51,256 bases of DNA from positions 1 through 51,256 of the forward strand of contig CAMLSW010000001.1 of NCBI GenBank assembly GCA_946484195.1, written 5' to 3'. Numbering within the stretch: position 1 is the stretch's first letter; every line of letters starts with the position of its first letter. Shown here in pieces: positions 29,601-38,600 of the stretch. This DNA comes from an uncultured Clostridia bacterium. GTDB lineage: Bacteria; Bacillota; Clostridia; Christensenellales; UBA1242. The notes under the pieces were generated by a model. That model made no database searches, was not told the DNA's origin, and was given only the letters and a program-made list of their open reading frames with translations. A program made the position numbers and the translations under genes.

Positions 29601-32600
29601 AGTATGGAAGGGATTTCTTGTTTAATGTTTCATTTGAGAGGAATGCGACTATAGATTTATCAAATCAAACCTTTAATTTGACGGTTACGATAAACAAAAA
29701 CTCTCCAGCATATCTCAATAGATATGAAGAGGATATCTACGGGCAGTATGTATTGTATATATTAGCGCAATCTAACACTTCGGTTTACACCTCAATAACC
29801 ATCAATTTTGAGCAGACCGACATAATGTCAGTTGTCGTTGACAACTATACAAATCTATCTGAAGTTACAGGGAGTGCGGGCGTATCATCTACATCTGAAT
29901 ATGCATATCCTGGCACAACAGGCTTGCTTGCAATAACAGTTACACCAGATGATAGCGATTTTGATTACATTTTGATTGAGAATGCCGAGTCAAATTATCA
30001 AACAGGCAATGCCTCTGCAACCTTTGGTTTCTTGGCGCGAAAGGCAAATGCCGATGGCAATGGTGAGATATTTGAACAAAAGACGATACTAGGCTCTTCA
30101 ACTTCAAGAGGTTTGAGGCTTGAGCTTAACGATATAATTGATGCCTATAATGAGGTTGAGGACGGAGCAAACCTTTATTATCAATATAGCGGTATAATAT
30201 ATGTTAAATATGATATGAGCTCACTAAATGTTGTCAATGGTAGCACCTCAAGCATAGTTATATCTCTTGTAAAAGATGACGAAAGGTTTACCTCAACTAA
30301 GGAGCTTACCGTTCAACTTCAAAACTATGTAACCGTTGAGATAGACGGCAAAACTCCAACAAGCACAAACGTAGACAACTATTTTGCTCAATATTCTGTC
30401 GCAAGAGGTATGAGATATAGATTAAATATCAACTCCTATGGCTATATGGAATCTAATATAAGCGCGCCTACAGTTTCTGATGAGAGCTTGGCAACAATAG
30501 TTGAAGAAGACGGGGTATATTATCTTGAAATCACCTCAAATACAATCAATTATAATAATAGTCAGAACTCCTTTGACATATCAATATCAGCAAGTCAAAC
30601 TGAAGGAGAAGTTGTAAGAACTTCAAGTAGTTTAACTAAAGTAACAGTCCAGGAGTATGTATTTAACTATAGCACTGATACTGCAGGCGAAAACGCCGAT
30701 ATCGTAGCTAGTATGGGTGATGGTCGCATAAATGTACAAGTGGGCACGCAAACAACCTTTGAAATAGATATGTTTGACTATATTGAGTACGACTCCTCAA
30801 ATGTTGAAGTAGTAAACAGTATCAACTCATTTATGGATGAACTCGAGAGAAGTGGAACTTGGATAGCTCACACCAACCTTATCTCAGATAGCCAACCTGA
30901 TTATGGTCAGGCAGATGATGAAGGTCTAACCTATACTCTCGGTTATACAAATGGTCAGGCAAATGCAGGTAGCAACTACTTCTTTACATATAATGGCTTG
31001 AATGTACTTCCAGTTAGAACGCACGTACCAAGTGATAGATTTTACTATTTCACCTTTAATACCTATGTTGCTTATTCATCAACAAGCGGTACCTACCAAG
31101 TTGTAGCAAATGAGAACCTAGGCAGTAGAGTTACTACTGAGTTTGTATTTAATGTTTACTCGTCAAGCAGTGAAGAAAGTCCTCTTCCAATATATGATTA
31201 TGAGGACTTCCTTGATATGCAAAGTGGTGGCTACTACATATTACTAAATGATATTACCTTACCTAATGTTTCAAATGTTGAACAGGGTATAGAGGCGTAC
31301 ACTCCAATTTCTGCAACCTTTAAATCTTTTGATGGAAACGGTCATACAATAAACTTTGCAGGTGCATATGATATGGGCTCACAAAGCTCAATTGGTTTGT
31401 TTACCTCTTTGCCAAGTGGCTCAATCATACGTAACTTGAATGTTAACTTTACATCAGCAACTGACGGCTCTGACGTCAATGTGGATGCAAATGACGACTA
31501 CGGCTTGTATGGTCTTAGAACGGTTAAATTTATTACAACTGCCGATAACTTTAACTTTGGCGCTATAGTTGTAGACAATCAAGGTATAATCACCAATTGC
31601 AATGTTACTACAGATGTTGTGTCTGGCTCTGAATACTATATCGCAGTGCAAGCCGACAATGCCTTAGCAGGAACAAGCTATATTGGCGGAATAAGTGCGA
31701 TTAACTCGGGCTATATCACAAATTGCGAGGTGAGTGCGAATATCAAAGCACCTTACAACCTTGGTGGTATTGTTGGACAAAACAATGGAAAGATTGCCTC
31801 ATCTTCATATAAAGAGGGTAAACTTATCAACAATTCTCAACAAAACCAACACGTTGCAGGCTTTGCTGTAACAAACTCATCAAATGGTCAAATTATAACA
31901 AGCTTCGTGTCTGGTGAGAAGTCAAGTACATCACCATATAGTCAAGACCAAGATAGCTACATTTCATCAACTCTTCCAGCTTCTGGCTTTGTTTATCAGA
32001 ATGCAGGAACTATAAGTGATTGCTATACAGACATCTATCTTGAAAACACATATTCAGATATGGCAGGCTTTGCATATTATAATGGTGGCACAATCAAGAA
32101 TGCATTTTCACTTTCAGTACTTAGAAACAATGTTACCGCATCTTCTGGCTTTGCAAGGTATAACACCTTGGACGGCGCAACTGGTGAGTTTATAAACTGC
32201 TACTATTTCTATAATCAAAATGTTACCGGTTCAGCCAATGATGAATATGGCTACCAGGACGGCTTCATAATAGGTGCTGGCGATATTAATACTTCAGTTG
32301 TTCCTATCAACTACAATGGTATTGAGCGCTTGAATGCTGGTGACTTTGCAAATGTTACCGAATATTTCACAGACTTCTCATATCAAGATGAGATAGGTGT
32401 CAACGGCGTATGGTTCTTAAGCCGTGGCAACACCTCGACAACATTCGTCGATTACGTTCCAACGACTGAGAAAATCGTGATTGGAGAAGGTGATGGGGAA
32501 GACTCTGAAAATCAAGATGTACAAACTAACACCGTCTATAGAGAAGAACTTATGAACTTTGGCTACTATAGACTAGAGCTTGTCAGTGCAAACATCGATG

Positions 32601-35356
32601 CACTGTCTATAAGAAACTTTAGCTATTCTGAAGTGGACGACACGACGGGTAGTACAACGTATCACTATGTTGACGATACAAGCGCACCAAATAGAGGCTC
32701 AATACATAATCCAAGAGTGATTTATGATGCAAGCACTATGGAAAGCGAAATCACAGAGCAAACTTCTTCAACTGGCTTGAATATAGCAAATTACAGACTT
32801 GTTAGTGATATCAACTATTCGGATTTTGATGGTATTTCATCCATCTATTTAACAACCTTTGCTGGCGTGCTTGAAGGCAATGGTATGGAAGTTTCTCAAA
32901 TCAACCTTGTATCAATGGATAATCTTGAGTCGGCAGGACTGTTTGCTCAAATTGGTTATTCATCAAGCAGAACAGGAACAGTTAAGAACTTGACTATTTC
33001 TCCAAGACAAGTTGCCTTTACCAATTCACGTAGCGTTGGTACACTTGCGGGCACTTTAAGGTATGGTTATATCTATGATATTACTGTAGACGGCAAAAAT
33101 AACAACTCTTCAGACAACATCGTAGTAATAGGGCAAAACTTTACAGGCGGTGTCGTTGGTAGAGCGGTAAATGCCTATTCAATGAAGAATATTGTAAGTG
33201 ACATAAGCGTTTCTGCAACATATACAAGCTCAGAAAATTATGTTTACAATGAGTCAATCACAAGCTTGTACAACTATTCATATGCAGGAAGCATTGCGGG
33301 CTATTTAGGTACGGGCGAGGCTTATAACATTGAAGTTGAAAATGTAACCTCAGTTCTTGGAAGCCGTGCAGGACTTGCCTTTGGTGGCATCGGAAGTGGC
33401 AGCGATGTTTCAATGGTATTTGTAGATGTTATGCAAAATGGAACAATCAGAGGGTACCACTACGCAGGTTACGTTGTCGGCGAAACTGTTGGATCCTTAA
33501 GTTATGCATATGTTTCAGACAATCAAAATATTGAGTCGTCCTTCTCTGTAGTACCAAGGGCTGCAAGAGCGGTTGGAGGTATCACAGGTGTACTTGCTGG
33601 CGGAAATATCAGTAATGCTGTAATGGAACAAAGTTTTAGAGCAGTCGCTATAAGCAATTCCTCACAAGTGATAAATTATGTTGGTGGTATTGCAGGAATG
33701 GTAGCAAATGCTGGAAACAGAACTTCAACAATTACAAATAGTATAGTTGAGGCAGATATTACAGGCTCATCGGTCGTTGGCGGTGCCATCGGACAGATTG
33801 AAAATGCGCTTATCGTCAATGGTGTTGCTGTAAAGAGTGCTCAGCTTGAAGTAACTGGTGAGAGGACAGAACCGGCAATAGGTGGTATTGTGGGCAACCT
33901 TTCAAGTGAGAACAATGCATCTCTTACTATGACAAACAGTTATTCAACTCCGCGACTTGCGATAGCAACTACAACCTCGGGCGTAGCTTCAACGGCACTT
34001 GCGGGAGGTCTTGTTGGTGGAGCACTTAGAACGCCGTATCTAGCATACTGTTACACAACTTCAACAGTTGAAGCAACGGTTGAGGATTTAAGGTCGCTCG
34101 ACGAAACGGCTGACTACTCGCAAGTATACACAAATTCAAATATCATATATTCATATGAGATTACAACCAATTATACCAATAATGCCGAGTATGATAACGT
34201 CTACTATTTGGGCCATAACACAAGAACGAACGCAGATAGCCCTAATAGCTATTTAATGAGCACAAACTATGGTTTCTCATTTAGCGCAAAAGCATATAGA
34301 ACGCAAATAGGATTAAGAGTTAACAACTATGGAACAAGTTCATTATCATATTCTCAACAGTTCTCAGTAGGTCAAGACTCTGACGAAGAGGTGATTGGCG
34401 GAATAAATGAAAACACCTTCTACAACTTATTCGGCGCAACCTATCTTCTTCCATATCAAAAGGTGGAAGGCGAGAGTGGTGACGCAGAAGATATTATCTA
34501 CAACCATATAAATAATAGCTACAACTTTGATTCTACAACAGTGCTTAACTATAACCAAGAAGATGGCACATATGTTGGCACAAGCTCGCTAACTAACTAT
34601 GTGGAAGAGATAAGAGTTCAAGTTCAAGACGATGGACAGATGTATCTTTTGGATGAAGATGGCAGCTTAACAAGCGAAGTCGTTTCACCTTTAACAAACA
34701 ATTCAACAAGACAGGTTGTATATATCAGTGAAAGCGGAACAAATCAAGCTTACATCTATTACAGTAATATAATAGGTGGGGTTAGAGGTTTCCTTGCAGA
34801 GAATAGCATTTCGCTTAGTAGTGACGGAAATGTTACCTTTAATACTGGGGCGCTTGAAGAAAACTTGGAGCCTGGAACTTATACCATCAGAACAACCACA
34901 CATACGTCTAGAATTGCAACCGAATACCAACTTGGCAGTGATAGTTATGAGTATGCAAGCAGAGGTGGTATTTACTTGTATGTGAAAGATGGAGCGATTG
35001 ACCTTGACCTCTTAGGCTTTGGTGAAAACACAAACGAAGTCAACGTTGTTAGGACGCTTTCTAGCACAGAGGGCTTGCTATTAGAGACCTCATACACAAG
35101 CGGTGATGGAAACTACTATGAGCATACCTATATTGATTTCAATGGCTCATTCCTTGAAGCTTATGTTAATGTTGTTTCAGGCACAATCTACGCCTTCAAT
35201 GATACTAGAAATGAATTTAACATTGTCATAACAACCGGTGAAGATTACGAATTTGGCACTGCCTCATTAAATGTTCCAAGCATAGCTATCTGGAACACAA
35301 CTACGACAGGGTTAAGCACACTTTATTTTGAAAATGACTTAGGCTGGCTTAGATAA
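23693..35356 (+). CDS. giant (3,887 aa) surface lipoprotein with Ig-like segments and three GLUG-motif parallel beta-helix modules
   Basis: Uninterrupted 11,664-nt ORF with RBS GAAGGTAGGTG. The signal peptide has a lipobox ending at Cys26 (LLFVAC). Big_2-like stretches occur at the N-terminus and in the middle. Three modules (starting near nt 26950, 31180 and 32695) each open with a Y.L..DI...F.G..(D)GNG(H/M).(I/V)...GLF entry motif. Many G-G-[ILV]-[VIA]-G turns follow, e.g. YVGGLIGS, YVGGVVGY, NLGGIVGQNNG, FTGGVVGR, YVGGIAGM, VVGGAIGQ, IGGIVGN, AGGLVGG. No LPXTG, C-terminal TM, SLH or choline-binding repeats were seen. Confidence 0.85.
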   Translation: MTKSNKLSIFIFSLLLVVASLLFVACGEKDYSNVYITSSQDTVELFVGEEQNVTLTINNPISDMSNAFIYNPPQNGVYTVELFNTSSYSTTYTISAIKGGEEEFTVRTSEGNISYSINIIVREYSDSLTAKESSLYVSLSRMYEPSSADFNFSDNSTERDLDFYFYGVTSEQIDEEDLMQNEQFINKFSRVNLVEQDGNQYLVFEEEDALYTLSQPSSHNQGTRYSLVEIEEIDGLYNFEQAGGQSVSAGDEFTFLAVYTLTDGSILTCQRNFYILSDINYDSISHDFGYKIVEYDYTPGSDYLYKMSGSENGDITLVPSYRSAIESGFFVGNTADFVTAYLEVTMETQSDLLNVRASNSDNSNIINTQKLGQLSQDGYTTYYYQINCATSSYASTNFNLTFYYEGFENSEDSNVNFTYSVPVQVRVIPTNLLLNDIDLEDTEQVFTFYNYYAPGNSIGWQRFNLSLNPEDAEYDSVVINLTGTGLRIRYNGTYYSDEDNDPILTLTSLDEPIYIKGVDNAPISYETQELPITLNFNVLQQGSIQTSMKYQILQGVTDIRYIDEELADRVYIDLNQGEIEFLQLYADAHFEEITITRDSGSSVVRFVLGNEPYRLEGGRYILNISIVPLSIGSGSYTVSLDNGEQIPLYITVDESLTSVSITSQNQQNSIRYSENLTEDDRNSTLFYVYNRDGQNTFFDVQVVANGNQDSSAINSIQFNTSSAIITIGDSTNNNKNFNVYIGQNGSSTLTLAVDGILIENFKPQNTTLYYYLDIVGFNYIEALNVYKESDGRGEYIDETSAVETLNSYGINAAYADVFSGTNIIDARSVKFNVTINNDSAYLFADPALLNQPVRDAYVQSTFEDRFVYWETDWSSGITLNGQQVSIMYYDSENLNSNVYTLQGIGTFDTSTMTFTALANLENPRNFKLIAHVRQYGYVYSYTINVRISVYEEVDNITLQDALTSLEFTSTERELSLIAYPTNSTATNGEIVALFDGGQIPTGNGNETVSMITEEGIRYIESDGRYQIILTVNDEFVRYAETYTQEMEGRLRIVARDWLDENNNLYSEYSSRVIEIPVYFANGTEQNRFTLETAEDVANMNLSAHYKVSTTIDISSISGSLPLGELTGSIVGTGEYASITGISILNGESSGGNNYYGLFTSIAEGAYIEYISFSGEFNVGTRNNLQSFAPANSYIGLIAGINNGSLINIGVTIDTSVVNMVSGQFGGVVGLNNGLILQDYTLFEDNDSDTRSYTLEQLESDNSIGNGRYSYANLTPKILVYYTGDVYVYYNSSYRGGGNSASTYLGGAIGYNRGSVRKVDSKILTFTGYTNYMAYSLLEVSPYVLTSENPANVSYVGGLIGSSSNGSIIESGYNIYQDSLLTFTKYLQYAGSNDNDHTNDYTGGQGIVVGGEVSGYNYVGGVVGYIAEIGESGILMDNFTGITSRCFVRGRLASANSNMANVAGIANISSAETLRTAFAMQAVDEGGAGINASMIILYYTSVVNDYFVDASNNIANTNKLAFGISPYNNADVMYGIEGESQVNKNYTNVTTYVISREKLIKDESSMPISSYNRTSYYGDFIVVGSNESGDLLLGQSFFIEGDEEFLSLDPKFNNQLIAENPLNYSGVGNKEVYYMYYFGASLANSDSSQNYQDLLDEYLNYVNYNSIIYPFITNGEMIFSSNTRDILTIDQNGRINVKATGLAQISASSVLNTNNALEFYIYVVDYFNPDEDSFTSNSEDTSIIYPSGSINSTPISDTTINLRGENSASLYVRPHYSLEIDLPTADGTNLSFVSDATGLARLSNVVFYLNTNTLVSAEVTSITRLDGEETISATSELDIDVTGQTLTIRKNENTIETDYKLKITPKLSLSFVEVETTNNNLVNIVYSSNVNKELDNVTINYKKGALSINNSKYIEVPLISSKQIVDTIIINSTAVEEEPYYYITNADGENVQGSEWLKQLNYSFIYDTNDEYGRDFLFNVSFERNATIDLSNQTFNLTVTINKNSPAYLNRYEEDIYGQYVLYILAQSNTSVYTSITINFEQTDIMSVVVDNYTNLSEVTGSAGVSSTSEYAYPGTTGLLAITVTPDDSDFDYILIENAESNYQTGNASATFGFLARKANADGNGEIFEQKTILGSSTSRGLRLELNDIIDAYNEVEDGANLYYQYSGIIYVKYDMSSLNVVNGSTSSIVISLVKDDERFTSTKELTVQLQNYVTVEIDGKTPTSTNVDNYFAQYSVARGMRYRLNINSYGYMESNISAPTVSDESLATIVEEDGVYYLEITSNTINYNNSQNSFDISISASQTEGEVVRTSSSLTKVTVQEYVFNYSTDTAGENADIVASMGDGRINVQVGTQTTFEIDMFDYIEYDSSNVEVVNSINSFMDELERSGTWIAHTNLISDSQPDYGQADDEGLTYTLGYTNGQANAGSNYFFTYNGLNVLPVRTHVPSDRFYYFTFNTYVAYSSTSGTYQVVANENLGSRVTTEFVFNVYSSSSEESPLPIYDYEDFLDMQSGGYYILLNDITLPNVSNVEQGIEAYTPISATFKSFDGNGHTINFAGAYDMGSQSSIGLFTSLPSGSIIRNLNVNFTSATDGSDVNVDANDDYGLYGLRTVKFITTADNFNFGAIVVDNQGIITNCNVTTDVVSGSEYYIAVQADNALAGTSYIGGISAINSGYITNCEVSANIKAPYNLGGIVGQNNGKIASSSYKEGKLINNSQQNQHVAGFAVTNSSNGQIITSFVSGEKSSTSPYSQDQDSYISSTLPASGFVYQNAGTISDCYTDIYLENTYSDMAGFAYYNGGTIKNAFSLSVLRNNVTASSGFARYNTLDGATGEFINCYYFYNQNVTGSANDEYGYQDGFIIGAGDINTSVVPINYNGIERLNAGDFANVTEYFTDFSYQDEIGVNGVWFLSRGNTSTTFVDYVPTTEKIVIGEGDGEDSENQDVQTNTVYREELMNFGYYRLELVSANIDALSIRNFSYSEVDDTTGSTTYHYVDDTSAPNRGSIHNPRVIYDASTMESEITEQTSSTGLNIANYRLVSDINYSDFDGISSIYLTTFAGVLEGNGMEVSQINLVSMDNLESAGLFAQIGYSSSRTGTVKNLTISPRQVAFTNSRSVGTLAGTLRYGYIYDITVDGKNNNSSDNIVVIGQNFTGGVVGRAVNAYSMKNIVSDISVSATYTSSENYVYNESITSLYNYSYAGSIAGYLGTGEAYNIEVENVTSVLGSRAGLAFGGIGSGSDVSMVFVDVMQNGTIRGYHYAGYVVGETVGSLSYAYVSDNQNIESSFSVVPRAARAVGGITGVLAGGNISNAVMEQSFRAVAISNSSQVINYVGGIAGMVANAGNRTSTITNSIVEADITGSSVVGGAIGQIENALIVNGVAVKSAQLEVTGERTEPAIGGIVGNLSSENNASLTMTNSYSTPRLAIATTTSGVASTALAGGLVGGALRTPYLAYCYTTSTVEATVEDLRSLDETADYSQVYTNSNIIYSYEITTNYTNNAEYDNVYYLGHNTRTNADSPNSYLMSTNYGFSFSAKAYRTQIGLRVNNYGTSSLSYSQQFSVGQDSDEEVIGGINENTFYNLFGATYLLPYQKVEGESGDAEDIIYNHINNSYNFDSTTVLNYNQEDGTYVGTSSLTNYVEEIRVQVQDDGQMYLLDEDGSLTSEVVSPLTNNSTRQVVYISESGTNQAYIYYSNIIGGVRGFLAENSISLSSDGNVTFNTGALEENLEPGTYTIRTTTHTSRIATEYQLGSDSYEYASRGGIYLYVKDGAIDLDLLGFGENTNEVNVVRTLSSTEGLLLETSYTSGDGNYYEHTYIDFNGSFLEAYVNVVSGTIYAFNDTRNEFNIVITTGEDYEFGTASLNVPSIAIWNTTTTGLSTLYFENDLGWLR

Positions 35357-35497
35357 AACCAGTCTAAGGCATTCAAAATATTTAGCTCTTAGACGAAATT
35401 AAACAAGAAAAAACACTTTTACATATTCTTTTTATATATATTTTGATAGCAAACGAATAAAAAACTTATAAAATGACAAAAAAATGTTAAAAAACTA

Positions 35498-35527
35498 TTG
35501 ACATTCTTTTGTTGACTGAGTTATAAT
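35498..35527 (+). promoter_or_regulatory. candidate sigma-A promoter for rpoBC
   Basis: TTGACA (35498-35503), an 18-nt spacer, then TATAAT (35522-35527). It lies about 155 nt upstream of the rpoB ATG. Confidence 0.55.
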
Positions 35528-35584
35528 AATATAGAATATCGACTGTGAGAAAGAATAGTGTAACTTTTTAACTTAAAAGAAAGG

Positions 35585-35623
35585 GACTATTATAGCATTT
35601 TTATGCTATAAAAGTCTTTTTTT
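35585..35623 (+). terminator. intrinsic terminator-like hairpin in the rpoB leader (attenuator and/or terminator of the giant gene)
   Basis: GACTATTATAGCAT / ATGCTATAAAAGTC form a 14-bp stem with one A-A mismatch and loop TTTT, followed by T7 (35617-35623). It lies downstream of the candidate promoter and 60 nt upstream of the rpoB ATG. Confidence 0.6.
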
Positions 35624-35683
35624 GTGTTAAGCGAGAATGCAAGAAATTTTTATTAAAACAGTCAAACATATAAGGAGAAACAG

Positions 35684-38600
35684 ATGTCTGTAAAATTAAA
35701 TGTTGTTAAACAAGGCAAGACCGAAAGATATACTTTTGGTAGCGCAAAAGAACTTATTAAAGTTCCACCACTTCTTGAAATTCAAAAGAAGTCATACAAA
35801 GATTTTCTTGAAAAAGGCATCAAAAGCGTACTCGATGAGTTTTTCCCTTTGACCGACTATTCAGGCAAGGCTAAACTTTATATCACCGAGATTTTACCTT
35901 TTGCAAAACCTAAATATGACATCAAGGAATGCAAACGCCGTGGCGCAACTTATTCTTCTCCATTGAAGGTTAAGGCACGCTTTGTAGTTGAAGAAACAGG
36001 ACAGGCTGTTGAACAAGAGGTCTTTATGGGTGACGTGCCTATGATGACCGAGCAAGGTTCATTTATATACAATGGTATTGAGAGAGTCGTTATCAATCAG
36101 ATAGTAAGGGCTCCTAGCGTTTATCTTTCAAGAGAAAAGGATAATAATGCAACGTTAAGAGCGCAAGTAATTCCAGTTCACGGCGCTTGGATTGAAATAG
36201 AGCAGGGTGCAAGTGAAAACTTGAAGATAGTTCTTGAGAGAAAGAACAAAATCAGCCTTGGTGTTTTCTTGAAATGTTTTGGCTTTACCAATGAAGAGAT
36301 TTTAAGATGCTTTGGAAACAATAGATACATTAAAAATGTTATTGAAAAGGAGCCTCAAACTACGCAAGAAGAGGCACTTCTTGAATTTTCTAGAAAGACT
36401 AGACCTGCAGATGTTCCATCAGTTGAAAGCACAAGAAGCTTCTTAAATGTTTCTTTCTTTACTGATGCATATTACAACTTATCTAATGTTGGTAGATATA
36501 AATTTAACAAGAAACTTGGACTTAAGAACAGACTTCCAGGACTTATCAACGCCGAGGACATCGTTGTTGATGATGAGCTTTTAGTTCGTGCAGGCGAGGA
36601 GTTTACCGCAGAAAGCGCTAAAAAAGTTCAAAATGCTGGCGTAAACGAAGTTTGGGTACAAGTAAATGGCAAGAAACACTTGATGAGAGGCAACAATAGA
36701 GTAACTCTATCTGAAGTATTCCCTTGCAATCAAGAAGAATTTGGAATTTTTGAAGATGTTTACTATCCTGTATTAAACCAAATCTTAACTGAAAATAAGA
36801 CAAAAGAAAAGAAACTTGAAGCCATTAAAAATAGCGCTAAAGACCTTATAATCACAACTTTGACTATGGACGATATTTTGGCTACAATTTCTGTTTATCT
36901 TGATGTGCTTGAAGGTATTGCTGGCATTGATAAGATTGAGCACCTTTCAAATAAGAGAGTTGCAACAGTTGGAGAGCTTACTTGCAACGATTTTAGAAAG
37001 GGTGTTACTAAACTTGCTACAAATATTAAAGAGACCTTGCAAGGTAGAGAATTTGAAGAAGTTACACCTTCTCAAATTATGAACCCTAAGGCAGTCAATA
37101 AGGCACTACGTGATTTCTTCTCACAATCACAACTTTCACAAATTATGGACCAGAAGAACCCACTTTCTGGTATCACTCAAAAACGAAGAGTATCGGCTAT
37201 TGGTCCTGGAGGTATCAGAAAGGAACGTGCCGATCCAGAAATTCGTGATATTCACTTTACTCACTATGGCAGAATTTGTCCAGTCGAGACCCCAGAAGGT
37301 CAGTCAATCGGTCTTATCAACACTTTAGCAACTTATGTTAAGGTAAATGATTATGGTCTCCTTGAATCTCCTTACAGAGTTGTAGATAAAGAAAGAGGAG
37401 TTGTTACAAAAGACATCGTCTATAAGATGGCAGATGTTGAAAATGAAAGCTACATCGCACAGGCCATCGAGCCACTTGACGAAGAAGGTCACTTTATCAA
37501 TAAGCGTGTAATGTGCAGACACGGCTCAGTTAATGAGGAAGTTCCAGCAAGTAAAGTTGACTATATGGACGTTTCTCCAAGACAGATGATATCTGTAGCT
37601 ACAAGCTTAATTCCATTCGTAAACGGAGACGAAGCTAACCGTGCACTTATGGGCGCTAATATGCAACGTCAGGCGGTGCCTGTTTTAAGACCAGAGGCTC
37701 CAGTTGTTGGTACTGGTATGGAGGCTATTGCAGCACGTGATAGCGGTTGCGTTATCCTTGCAAAGCGAGCTGGAAAGGTTACCTATGTTTCAGCAGACGA
37801 AATAAGAGTTCTCACAGAAAAAGGTGATGAGGATATCTATACTTTAACTAAATTTGCAAAAGCAAACGATGATATATGTTTCAATCAACGTCCTTGCGTT
37901 AAGAAAGGTGAAATGGTCGAAGAAGGTGACGTGCTCACTGACGGCTATTCTACTGAAAACGGTGAGCTTGCCGTTGGTAAGAACGTTCTTGTCGGTTATA
38001 TGAACTGGGAAGGACAAAACTTTGAGGACGCTATACTTATCAATGAACGTCTTGTAAAAGACGATGTTTACACCTCAATCACACTCTATGACCAAGAGAT
38101 TAAATGTAGAACAACTAAGCTTGGTGATGAGGTTATCACTCGTGATATACCAAACCTTGGCGAGGACGCTTTAAAGGACCTTGACGAAAATGGTATTATC
38201 AGAATTGGCGCAGAAGTTCACACTAATGACATCTTGGTTGGTAAAGTAACACCAAAAGGTGAAACCGACCTCACGCCAGAAGAGAGACTTCTTAGAGCTA
38301 TCTTCGGTGACAAGGCAAGAGATGTACGTGACACCTCACTACGTGTTCAACACGGTAAGGGTGGTGTAGTAGTTGACGTACAAGTATTCTCTAAGAAGAA
38401 TAAGGATGACCTTGAGCCTGGCGTAACAATGGTTGTAAGAGTTACAATCGCTCAAAAGAGAAAGATATCTGTCGGCGATAAGATGGCAGGACGTCACGGA
38501 AACAAGGGTGTTGTTTCTATCGTTCTTCCAGAGGCAGATATGCCATTCCTTTCAAATGGTACACCACTTGATATTGTACTTAGCCCACTTGGTATTCCAT

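Noticed and set aside
20752-35356. Integrative conjugative element or conjugative plasmid remnant.
   Set aside because: VirB4 is the only conjugation-type gene. I saw no relaxase, coupling protein, VirB6-like channel, hydrolase, integrase or flanking att-like repeats, and the composition resembles the surrounding core genes. It is kept only as the alternative explanation in the main finding.
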